The translations under genes were made by a program, and so were the position numbers. This document shows positions 1 to 8,226 of a stretch of DNA of 57,330 nt, one piece after another. The notes under the pieces were generated by a model. The model made no database searches. It saw only the letters and a list, made by a program, of their open reading frames with translations, and had not been told where the DNA came from. The stretch is from Microcoleaceae cyanobacterium (GTDB lineage Bacteria; Cyanobacteriota; Cyanobacteriia; Cyanobacteriales; Microcoleaceae), in the NCBI GenBank assembly GCA_051652765.1, contig JBOFUV010000086.1, forward strand, positions 1 through 57,330. The letters run 5' to 3'. Numbering within the stretch: position 1 is the first letter of the stretch; every line of letters starts with the position of its first letter.

Positions 1-47
1 ACCGGGGTTTGAGTTACAGATTTGAAGGATTAGGAGGACTTTAGGCC

Positions 48-602
48 ATGCAGACAACCTCACCCCCACGGATCTACGTGACCGATGAACTGTTCTGGGA
101 TCTGTGCAAAGTCAACCCAGATCTCAGACTCGAACGAACAGCCATAGGAGAACTCATCGTGAATCCACCCACCGGGGGCGAAACATCTAACTACAACCTT
201 GGACTCGCAGCAAGGGTGTGGATCTGGAATGAACGTACTAAGTTAGGTAAGGTTTTCGACTCTAGCGGGGGCTTCAAGCTACCCAATGGAGCCACTAGAT
301 CCCCTGATGCCTCATGGGTACGACTGGATAGATGGGAAATGCTGACCGAGGCGCAGCAAGAAAAGTTCCTACCCCTAGCCCCAGACTTTGCCCTAGAGCT
401 GATGTTACCCAGCGACACCCTCAAAGACGTTCAGGCAAAAATGCGCGAATACATCGACAACGGAGTCAGATTAGGCTGGTTAGTGAATCGCAAAGGAAGT
501 TGGGTTGAACTCTATCGCCCCACTCAACCCGTTCAACTCGTGAACATACCTGCAACCCTCAGCGGCGAAGACATCCTCCCAGGGTTCAGCCTGGATCTAT
601 AA
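48..602 (+). CDS. Uma2 family (DUF820) restriction-endonuclease-like protein
   Basis: 184 aa; typical motifs NPDLRLERTA.GELIV, FDSSGGFKLPNGA.RSPDASW, PDFALEL..PSD, LSGEDILPGFSLDL; AGGAGG RBS upstream. Confidence 0.93.
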   Translation: MQTTSPPRIYVTDELFWDLCKVNPDLRLERTAIGELIVNPPTGGETSNYNLGLAARVWIWNERTKLGKVFDSSGGFKLPNGATRSPDASWVRLDRWEMLTEAQQEKFLPLAPDFALELMLPSDTLKDVQAKMREYIDNGVRLGWLVNRKGSWVELYRPTQPVQLVNIPATLSGEDILPGFSLDL

Positions 603-622
603 CTCAGCCCCTTCCCCAACCC

Positions 623-814
623 CTATAGAACCCATTTGGTATCTTGAGAAAAGGAGCAATAAAGGGATTTGTAGTTTTTCTGTCCATCAGAAATAGTGAT
701 GACATCCTGAGTGCGATCAAAATTCTCGATCATTAACGGTTCGGTGACATCTGCTGAAATTTCAAAGATTTGACCAGACAAGGGCAACGTTTCGTTTAGT
801 GTTGCAGTTGCCAT
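623..814 (-). CDS. small hypothetical protein or truncated gene remnant (63 aa from ATG 814)
   Basis: ATG preceded by AAGGA; 'IENFDRTQDVITI' resembles the D/NF...D.I motif of RTX-type C-terminal domains; ORF ends abruptly. Confidence 0.35.
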   Translation of the reverse strand: MATATLNETLPLSGQIFEISADVTEPLMIENFDRTQDVITISDGQKNYKSLYCSFSQDTKWVL

Positions 815-1055
815 TGATTTGTTCCTTAGCGGCAAGAAAATTTGAGGTTTGCTTGAAAAACGATGCTCCTGAATTCACAGCGATGCACACCTATGATGCT
901 GGTGGGGTGATCGCGTCTAAAATTCACTACTTCTGAAGTCACACTGAATCCACATCTGTAGCGCTTGAGCACAAATGTAAGCTTCCTTATTAAGGTCTGC
1001 CAGCGAAAAACCATGAGGTTTTATTAACCTCTACCCCTTTGACAGCAAAGTTTTT

Positions 1056-1074
1056 ATTGAGAGTAATTCCTGAC
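1056..1074. promoter_or_regulatory. Fur-box-like sequence
   Basis: ATTGAGAGTAATTCCTGAC resembles the cyanobacterial Fur consensus ATTGANAATNATTNTCAAT. Confidence 0.35.
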
Positions 1075-1172
1075 TAGCGAAGTCTATCACAGTGAATAAT
1101 TTTAAGGATCTTATTGGAGATATTGTTTGCTTATTGATATTATCCTGATTAATAACCCTTGCTTAATTCTTG

Positions 1173-1189
1173 ATAAATTATTAATTTAT
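1173..1189. promoter_or_regulatory. perfect 8-1-8 AT-rich palindrome (candidate regulator site)
   Basis: ATAAATTA-T-TAATTTAT upstream of the 1310 operon. Confidence 0.4.
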
Positions 1190-1241
1190 AAGCTTTACAG
1201 TTGGTCTTATAAAGCTTTAAGGTATAGTACTACAAAACGTA

Positions 1242-1260
1242 AATGCAACTAATTCTTAAG
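1242..1260. promoter_or_regulatory. Fur-box-like sequence
   Basis: AATGCAACTAATTCTTAAG, 50 bp upstream of ATG 1310 and just downstream of a TATAGT -10-like hexamer. Confidence 0.45.
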
Positions 1261-1309
1261 AATGATCTAGCTTCTTGGGAATTAGGCCGTAAAATTCTTA
1301 GGAGGATTG

Positions 1310-1951
1310 ATGAGTCACGCAGAGAATTTAGATCAGGCAACTTCCCCAGATGCCCTATCCCCCCAGTTCCCCAGATCCCTAGACATTGCTCAAGTTTCAA
1401 TTTATGGGCTGAGCATCTTATCTACAGGGTTGTTTCTGTTTCTACCATTTGTTAATCTGTTGCACCCTAGTCCCTGGCAGCGCTGGATTGGCACAATTCA
1501 TGGTTCAGCATCCTTGATTGCCATGGTAGTCATGGCCTATGGTGGACATCTAGCATTTCCATTGCTCAGAGGATCAGCAAAAATTCTGCCGCATATGCGG
1601 GTACTGACCTGTTGGTCTGCTGTTTTATCCTTCCTGGCGATCGCCTCTGGCAACCTGGCCTATATGCGTTACCGGGCTAGCCTAGACTTTGGCGGTGCAC
1701 GGGCTTGGCTGAAGGATAACTCCCCACTCACTCAGTATGTCTTGATGGAATATCACGAATTTACCGTGCTATTCACGTTGCCCCTGGCAGTAGGATGCGC
1801 CTGGGTGCTGTGGCGCTATGGAGATTCCATTCTCGAAAAGCGTAATCGCCCGGTGCTCACGGCAACTTGCTTTGCATTGATAGCAATGATGTTGTTTTCG
1901 ATTGGCGGGATGGTCAGTGGTTTGGGAGTTGCTAAAATTCGGGCTTTGTAA
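1310..1951 (+). CDS. uncharacterised polytopic membrane protein (about 5 TM, intramembrane His)
   Basis: GGAGG RBS at 1301, ATG 1310; several hydrophobic helices with His in or near them (IHGS, GGHLAF, MEYHEF). Confidence 0.85.
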   Translation: MSHAENLDQATSPDALSPQFPRSLDIAQVSIYGLSILSTGLFLFLPFVNLLHPSPWQRWIGTIHGSASLIAMVVMAYGGHLAFPLLRGSAKILPHMRVLTCWSAVLSFLAIASGNLAYMRYRASLDFGGARAWLKDNSPLTQYVLMEYHEFTVLFTLPLAVGCAWVLWRYGDSILEKRNRPVLTATCFALIAMMLFSIGGMVSGLGVAKIRAL

Positions 1952-2071
1952 GGGCCTTTGTAAAGGACTTTAGCAAGTTTTATTTCTATCGGGCGTATTC
2001 TAAGTGACTTGACCATCTGCTTGCCAACCATGAGTTGATCTTTAACCTGTAATTTTCGGAGAAACAAAAAA

Positions 2072-2554
2072 ATGACTCAATCTTCACTGCGTCGGGCCTC
2101 TCTGGGTCATAGGGAACCCTGGTATGGTTCTTGGTGGAAGACCTTAAAACATTTCCCCCAAGGATTGGCAGAGGGCAATTCCAATCCACCCCAAGTCTCT
2201 GGAGAGGCTGCCGCTGCTCTAATCAGTGCGGCTATTGGTTGCTTTACTATGATGGTGTCTCATCACCTATCAGATGCCGACAAAACAAAGACGATTGAAA
2301 AGAAGCTTTTAGGGTTAGGAGGATGGATACCCGGAGCTGACAACCCAGATCCAATGTGGGGAAACATCGGCAGTTACAGCGGGAAAGAAACCATGTTGCT
2401 GATTGGTTGGTTGGTCAGTTGGGCAATTCTCTATGTTTTGCTCAAAGATAAGCAAGTCAAAGCTAGAACAATTTTTCTTTGGATGATCGGCTTGATCACC
2501 TTTGCAACTGCAATGTGCTGGCATCCGCTCTTTCCCTATCTACCCTTGGTTTAG
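2072..2554 (+). CDS. uncharacterised membrane protein (about 3 TM)
   Basis: 160 aa; SGEAAAALISAAIGCF, GSYSGKET, GWLVSWAILY hydrophobic segments; His pair (SHHL). Confidence 0.85.
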   Translation: MTQSSLRRASLGHREPWYGSWWKTLKHFPQGLAEGNSNPPQVSGEAAAALISAAIGCFTMMVSHHLSDADKTKTIEKKLLGLGGWIPGADNPDPMWGNIGSYSGKETMLLIGWLVSWAILYVLLKDKQVKARTIFLWMIGLITFATAMCWHPLFPYLPLV

Positions 2555-2569
2555 CCCGGAGTTTTATCG

Positions 2570-3295
2570 ATGTCTTATTCAGAGAAAGTTCAACACGTTC
2601 AGACAGATACAGAGGCTACCAAGCCAATTCCAGCCAAAGACATGCATAAGATTGTCTTTGCAATGTTAGGTGTGTTCCTGCTTGCTGCAATCACTTATCC
2701 GATTGCCATGTTCCGAGTCAGTGGTATGGAGAAGTTCTTAGGGTTTCATGTCAAATCTTGGGATACAGCCAATCAGCTAACTCCTTCTGAGGCAAAACTA
2801 GCAACAACTGCTTCTACCTCTCCGGCAACTCAACCTGCAACTCAACCTGTTGCTCCGGGAACGGCTTCAGTTTCTTCATCTCCCCTTGCCTCTGATGTCA
2901 AGACTTTGCCAAGTTCAGATACAAGCACTCCAACGTCTTCAGGTGTAGAATCTGCCACTTCAACGGAAACATCAGCATTGCCTAAAGATACTGCTGCAAT
3001 CTCTGAAACTACAGTACCAGAAATTGATGTAGCTCAGATCCGCAAAACGCTCTACAGCAAGGTTGACCAGGCATGGACGGAGATGAATACCCCCGTGACG
3101 GCAGACTCAGTTTATCAAGTGCAGGTGACCTCAGATGGAGCGATCGCCCAAGTTGAGCCTCAGTCTGAAATTGCCAAGGATAATTTAAACAACACTCCTC
3201 TATCTGGTTTAGTAGAAGTTGATAATTCCATATCAGCAAATGAGACTACCGAGCTTAACATGAAGTTTACTGCCGATGGCTTTTTAGACATCTAG
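2570..3295 (+). CDS. single-TM protein with Ser/Thr/Pro-rich linker and C-terminal globular domain
   Basis: GGAG RBS; TM IVFAMLGVFLLAAITYPIAMF; low-complexity spacer; C-terminal LYSKVDQAW...YQVQVTSDGAI...TPL resembles the C-terminal domain of cyanobacterial DUF4335 proteins. Confidence 0.8.
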   Translation: MSYSEKVQHVQTDTEATKPIPAKDMHKIVFAMLGVFLLAAITYPIAMFRVSGMEKFLGFHVKSWDTANQLTPSEAKLATTASTSPATQPATQPVAPGTASVSSSPLASDVKTLPSSDTSTPTSSGVESATSTETSALPKDTAAISETTVPEIDVAQIRKTLYSKVDQAWTEMNTPVTADSVYQVQVTSDGAIAQVEPQSEIAKDNLNNTPLSGLVEVDNSISANETTELNMKFTADGFLDI

Positions 3296-3330
3296 CCTGT
3301 TCAATAAGCTCAACGTTCTAGCATTCTGAG

Positions 3331-3461
3331 AGCAGAGTTTAGACTTTAGCTCACACTGTCTTTGGATCAATGCCTAATTCCAGCAACTGAGCTATCAGCC
3401 TGTTTTCTAGTGGCGTTCAAGTTCTAGTTGTTCCTGGGCAGTCTGAGCTACTAACTCTGCT
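3331..3461. repeat. imperfect long inverted repeat between convergent genes
   Basis: AGCAGAGTT..TAGCTCACACTGTC (3331-3360) vs GGCAGTCTGAGCTA..AACTCTGCT (3437-3461). Confidence 0.55.
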
Positions 3462-3502
3462 TTCATTGCTCGTTGTTTTCTCTCACCATGCAACGTTTGA
3501 AC

Positions 3503-3544
3503 AATGTTTAAGTATTGTTTGAGAATGTTTAAATATTGTTTGAG
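3503..3544. repeat. 21-bp tandem duplication
   Basis: AATGTTTAAGTATTGTTTGAG / AATGTTTAAATATTGTTTGAG. Confidence 0.8.
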
Positions 3545-3559
3545 ATTGAGTCGAGGGCA

Positions 3560-4189
3560 TTAATTTTGATTAAATTCCATGGGTAAAGCAGCACCCAGAA
3601 AATTGGTATCCCGATCGAATTTAATGTTGTGAAGTTCAGCTTCATTCAGGTTCGCGCCTTCAAAATTTGCTTGACACAGGTTTGTGTCGGTTAGATTGGC
3701 TCGGTAAAGATTGGCCGCTTTGAGAATCGCCCCGAATAAATTTGCACCTAATAAGTCAGCCTCTCTTAAATTTGCTTCCGACAAATCCGCCTTGAACAAA
3801 TTGGCTTCTGCCAGTCTTGCCCGTTCAAGATTGCTACGGCGGAGATCCGCTTCGCTGAGATTGGCTTTTGTGAAATTTGCGTTAATCAATTCAGCTTTAA
3901 AAAATTGGGCTTTACAGAGATTTGTCCCACTCAGATCAGCCTCCCCAAACTCAGCTTCCCAGAGGGTTGCTCCGCTAAGATTAGCCTCTAGGAGGATGGC
4001 GTTATGTAAATTTGCCTTGTAAAGATCGGCCCCACTTAGATTAGTGCGAGTAAGATTCGCGTACTGGAGATCCATTGCCTTTAGATTGGCACCTGTGAGA
4101 TTGGGGCAGAGGTCTGGATGTTCCTCTCTCCAACGATTCCAATTGGGAACACCGCGTTGAAGTATTTTCAGATGTTGTTCGTCAGCCAT
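3560..4189 (-). CDS. pentapeptide repeat protein
   Basis: N-terminal MADEQHLKILQRGVPNWNRWR followed by continuous A(D/N)LXX repeats. Confidence 0.95.
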   Translation of the reverse strand: MADEQHLKILQRGVPNWNRWREEHPDLCPNLTGANLKAMDLQYANLTRTNLSGADLYKANLHNAILLEANLSGATLWEAEFGEADLSGTNLCKAQFFKAELINANFTKANLSEADLRRSNLERARLAEANLFKADLSEANLREADLLGANLFGAILKAANLYRANLTDTNLCQANFEGANLNEAELHNIKFDRDTNFLGAALPMEFNQN

Positions 4190-4226
4190 AGTTTATGCAC
4201 AATAAAGTTTGTATTCAGCATACCTG

Positions 4227-7112
4227 TTACCTTCCCTTAGCGGCTAGGGTATTGAGATCACTTAAGACTTCTGAAATCACAATAGGATCAACGGCCCCAA
4301 GGGTTAACATTTTATGATCCCGATCATCGAACCAGTATCCCCAAGGTTGCTCTAGGTTTCCAAGAAAATAACAGGATTCTAAAGTTTGGTCGTCCCATCC
4401 ATCCATATAACCCACAGGAATTCCCTCTCTATACCCAATTACAGCCGTAATATTAGCTTGTTCAAATTGCTTGTAATGAAGATCAAATACTCCTCCATCT
4501 TGAGGAGTTCCTCGCGTCCAACCGAGTTTTTCTAAGGTTCCCACTAAGGAGGGTGCTGGAATTTTGAACTGTGAGAATCGCTTCAATTCTTTATATTCAG
4601 CTTCGCCAGATTCCAGGGTATAAATTGCCCGTCCTAGTTGAGGAAATGGCGGCACAATTTCGTAATCACTTAACAACTCACCCCAGGTATTTTTAGTCTC
4701 AGTTTCTAAGTATAAAGGATGTAAAATACCAACCTGAGTAACAGGCACTAACTTACTGTTTAACCGATCTTCCAACTCACCTTCTAGAACACCTTCCAAC
4801 TTAATTTCTTCATCTGTAGAATTAGCGTAGGTTTGATCTTCTGTGACCCGAAAAGTTTGGATTAACTCGCCCGCCTCGTTGTAACCGCCCCAGAGCAACA
4901 ATCGCACCAGGTTAATCATGAGCGGATGATGAACTAATAGCAATTCAAATTCTTCCACAGACCAACGCCGTCCCTGAACCATAGCTTGTTCCAAGCGAAT
5001 CGCCTGAATTTTGACCAACTCACTGATTTGTTTTTTGATCAATTTCCAGTCGGCAACAGCTTGATTAGCGAGTTCAGCATCATCTCGAACCCCCGGTTTA
5101 GGCAGGTCAGGTTTGAGCTTTCCGGCTTCATCCCGCACCATCGGTTTCATGTTTTCCCCTAGCACAAACTGAAACTGTCGTGGCCCAAAATCAAACACCC
5201 GAGTTCCCCGTTCATCCAGATCACAATCAGGGATGATCCGATCTTCCAATTGAGCCCGAGTTAACCCGCGATCGCGAGCAATATCTTCCATGCAGTTCTG
5301 AGCTTTAGCCTTGAGCCCCTTAAACTTCAGTTTTTGGGCAATGCCGTTAATCTGCATCAACGCCGTATCTGTACCAATAGCTCGCAAACACTGCAACCCC
5401 AGTACAGCGCGGGGATGTTGACTTTCCCCCGGCCAGACTTTAATTAAAGGGGTAAGCTTGAAAGTAGTCTCGTCGGAACCGAGTAACCCCAAGGCCATCA
5501 TGGCCCATTTTTCCTTGGCAGGAGCACCTTCAGCCAACCAACGCTCAAACAGGCTCCAGGCAAATTGATCCAAAGATTTGGAATTGGCATGATGTTTTAA
5601 GGCCGTGATCAATGCTGGAGATTGATCTAACTGACTCTGTTTCAAGGTCGTTAACAGAATAGCCGTTTGTTCAGGATTCAAGCCAAATTCTCCAATCCGA
5701 ATTGAGGGCAAATCTGTTGGAGCAATCCAGGTGAGCACTTTAGTTTTTTTGGATTTCTGAGCTGCGGTTATCATCTGTTCCAACCAAGCAGGAGTCGTGT
5801 GTTCATCAAATAAAATGTCATCTACTGCTGCAAAGATTTTAGCTGTCAAGTCTTCATCCCCAGAGTGTTGATTGGAGTATTGATGGGAGTGTTGATTGGA
5901 GAGTTGATTTAGACAACTCTGAATCAACTCTCCGTGGCCTCGGCGTTGGATTGTTCGCAACCATTCTAATGCTGAGTCTGCTAATTTTCCCCGTCCTTTC
6001 GCAACAGGAATTAACCCTTGAATACTATGGACTAAATTCTCTTCCAACCACTGACGTGCTACTTGAGGAGCCTTAGAAGCCAGTTGCAGTTCTAACATGA
6101 AGAGTGCTGCTTCTGGGGCTTTTACTAATGCAAAAGTTTCTAATAACTCCTTGGCCAAATCCTTATTTTGAATGGTCAAAATGCTCTCACAAATCCAATC
6201 TAAAGCCCTGTACTCTGTATGAGCCAACCAGGCTCGGATGTAAGCCGAATTTGTTAAGAACAATTTTAATCGTCGGATATGAGTTTCAACCAAACTCGGG
6301 TCACCCAAACCAAAAATAATTTCCTGAGGTTTCTGATAGTAAACTGAATAGTTTTCCTTGCCAATATAGGCATCATCAGGCCAACTTGCAATTAAGGGGA
6401 GTAACTCTTGATGCATCCCTAAAGTTGCGGCCAAAAAGAAGGCTTCAGGGGGTCTGGTATAAGATTGCCCAGTCAGCCATTGAATCGGGTTGAGTTCAGG
6501 ACGTAATCGTTCTTGTAACTGCTGTTGTTCTGATAAGTTTAAGTACGGTACAACGTCACGACGAAAGCAATTAATTGGGAAGATTTCTGTCAATCGAGTA
6601 GTCTGACCATTAAGATAATTAGGTGGTTGGGCTAACATCAGTTCTATTAACTCTGGTGGAGATAATAGGTTTGCTAAGGGCAAAATAATTTCTTTGGGAA
6701 AGCTTTTACAATAGTTAGTATTAGCAAAATTGGCGTGCAGAATTGACTGGATTTGAGGTAGAGTTAATTCATCTTCAAAAGACCATTTTTGCAGCTTAGT
6801 CATCAGCTTTGTTGAAAATTCTCCCGCGTAAAGTTCTGGATTGCTAGATTCCAGCATTGCAGCAAACCAGAAACCTGCGGCCTCTTTTGACATTGAAATT
6901 GGTATCTCTGCTAGTGACCAATCGAGTTGCCAATATTGTCCTTTGTTCAAAACTTTTCCTAAATTTTCTAATCCCTTATCCTTGTCGAAGATCTGCGGAT
7001 CAGGACGTTTCAAAGGAATTAAAGGTCGCCAGGTTGCCCAGAACCAATCTTCAGGATTCAGATTAATACAGTGAAATTCGCGAGTAACAGAGTGTATTTC
7101 TGCTGAAGTCAT
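4227..7112 (-). CDS. DUF4132 domain-containing protein
   Basis: 961 aa; C-terminal half has hallmark WLAEGAPAKEKWAM, RGLTRAQLEDRIIPDCDLDERG, RLEQAM..GRRW, HHPL, WGELLSDYEIVPPFPQLGR, VDPIVISEV. Confidence 0.88.
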   Translation of the reverse strand: MTSAEIHSVTREFHCINLNPEDWFWATWRPLIPLKRPDPQIFDKDKGLENLGKVLNKGQYWQLDWSLAEIPISMSKEAAGFWFAAMLESSNPELYAGEFSTKLMTKLQKWSFEDELTLPQIQSILHANFANTNYCKSFPKEIILPLANLLSPPELIELMLAQPPNYLNGQTTRLTEIFPINCFRRDVVPYLNLSEQQQLQERLRPELNPIQWLTGQSYTRPPEAFFLAATLGMHQELLPLIASWPDDAYIGKENYSVYYQKPQEIIFGLGDPSLVETHIRRLKLFLTNSAYIRAWLAHTEYRALDWICESILTIQNKDLAKELLETFALVKAPEAALFMLELQLASKAPQVARQWLEENLVHSIQGLIPVAKGRGKLADSALEWLRTIQRRGHGELIQSCLNQLSNQHSHQYSNQHSGDEDLTAKIFAAVDDILFDEHTTPAWLEQMITAAQKSKKTKVLTWIAPTDLPSIRIGEFGLNPEQTAILLTTLKQSQLDQSPALITALKHHANSKSLDQFAWSLFERWLAEGAPAKEKWAMMALGLLGSDETTFKLTPLIKVWPGESQHPRAVLGLQCLRAIGTDTALMQINGIAQKLKFKGLKAKAQNCMEDIARDRGLTRAQLEDRIIPDCDLDERGTRVFDFGPRQFQFVLGENMKPMVRDEAGKLKPDLPKPGVRDDAELANQAVADWKLIKKQISELVKIQAIRLEQAMVQGRRWSVEEFELLLVHHPLMINLVRLLLWGGYNEAGELIQTFRVTEDQTYANSTDEEIKLEGVLEGELEDRLNSKLVPVTQVGILHPLYLETETKNTWGELLSDYEIVPPFPQLGRAIYTLESGEAEYKELKRFSQFKIPAPSLVGTLEKLGWTRGTPQDGGVFDLHYKQFEQANITAVIGYREGIPVGYMDGWDDQTLESCYFLGNLEQPWGYWFDDRDHKMLTLGAVDPIVISEVLSDLNTLAAKGR

Positions 7113-7124
7113 GGAAATTTCCTC

Positions 7125-7220
7125 TTATAAAATTTCTGCTAAATCCAAAGTGAATCCTGGTAAAACACCTTTGTCAGAAAGGATTAACGGAGACTGAAGT
7201 GTTTGTACAGCTCTTTCCTG
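7125..7220 (-). pseudogene. Uma2-family C-terminal remnant
   Basis: translates to QERAVQTLQSPLILSDKGVLPGFTLDLAEIL*, matching the end of the Uma2 at 48-602 (LSGEDILPGFSLDL); in-frame TAA upstream and no start codon. Confidence 0.8.
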
Positions 7221-7299
7221 ATTTAGTTAAAGAGAATTCATATCAATTGCCAGATTAAAGACCCAAAAAATTCTGTTACTGAGAGGTTAAAAAATCTAT

Positions 7300-7854
7300 C
7301 TATGAGGAAATTGAACCAGGAAGAGTATTAGAAGTTTGAGGTGAGAAATAAGCCCTAAGAAACTGAAGATAATCAGCAATTTGAGTCGTGGTTAGGGAAA
7401 GATTGCCGCTGCCGCTCGGCAAATATTCTTCAGCGAGATAATACTTTCCTTTTTCAGTCAACCAAACATCCTGAATTCGTTTTTTAGTTGCTTCAATCCA
7501 ACCGCGTTTGATCAGGCTAGGGATTACCCATTCCCGCTCTGATTCGCTCAAGCCCGCTTGTTTGGGAGCAATTTCCTGCTCTTTTTCATGACAAACTTTG
7601 AGGGCTTTGAGTTCTTGAGGAGCCATGGGTACTCCAATCGGATCTAGCCGCAGCAGGGACTCTCCCCCAGGTGCAATTTTAATCTTCAATACATCTTCAA
7701 CACAATCGATCAATCGATGATCTCGCAACTCCCGACAAATCCGATCTCGTTCTAAAGCTGAGGTTTTAGGATCTAGCTTGATTTCTGTGATCGCTGCTCG
7801 ATAGTTGGGTTTGTTGAGCAGGTTTAGGAGGAACTTCAGCTCTGCAACGTCCAT
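7300..7854 (-). CDS. RcaD-like protein, N-terminal part only (probably truncated)
   Basis: MDVAELKFLLNLL..PNYRA and VWLTEKGKYYL.EEY.P.G...YLQFLR resemble cyanobacterial proteins annotated 'transcription factor RcaD'; AAGGAG RBS; 184 aa. Confidence 0.6.
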   Translation of the reverse strand: MDVAELKFLLNLLNKPNYRAAITEIKLDPKTSALERDRICRELRDHRLIDCVEDVLKIKIAPGGESLLRLDPIGVPMAPQELKALKVCHEKEQEIAPKQAGLSESEREWVIPSLIKRGWIEATKKRIQDVWLTEKGKYYLAEEYLPSGSGNLSLTTTQIADYLQFLRAYFSPQTSNTLPGSISS

Positions 7855-8090
7855 TTAATAGATCTAGCTCCCTTTAGAGAAAATTGATTGGATACATACA
7901 CCTTATCTTACCGACGTTGAAAGTCCTCGCATTGTTGGCAGCCGCAGGCAGCGAGGCTTAGATCTCAAATACCTCTGCTAATTTCGCCAATGCTGGGTTT
8001 ATGCAGGGCTAATCTCCACCATGGTGATCGCTGCATAAAACTAGAGACTGACACGGTTTTTTAATCAGTGAGGGACATTTCGGCTCCTCA

Positions 8091-8122
8091 AGTCCCTTTT
8101 AAAAAGGGGATTTAGGGCAATC
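8091..8122. repeat. short palindromic dispersed repeat (CCCC-TTAAAA-GGGG type)
   Basis: TCCCTTTTAAAAAGGGGATTTAGGG, like the common cyanobacterial TCCCCCTTTTTAAGGGGGATTTAGGGG element. Confidence 0.55.
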
Positions 8123-8226
8123 GCTCCCATCACATCTGAACAAAAGCAGCTATATTGCCAGATAATCTTTCAATATAATGTTTCAAAATAATCCTTCAAA
8201 GGAACTGTTTTTGCTCAACCCAAACG

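Noticed and set aside
826..1014. 62-aa ORF or riboswitch upstream of the 814 gene
   Set aside because: No recognisable protein or riboswitch motif
7921..7959. AAGTCCTCGC...GCGAGGCTT hairpin resembling an IS200/IS605 end
   Set aside because: No tnpA/tnpB fragment or second end nearby; too short to support
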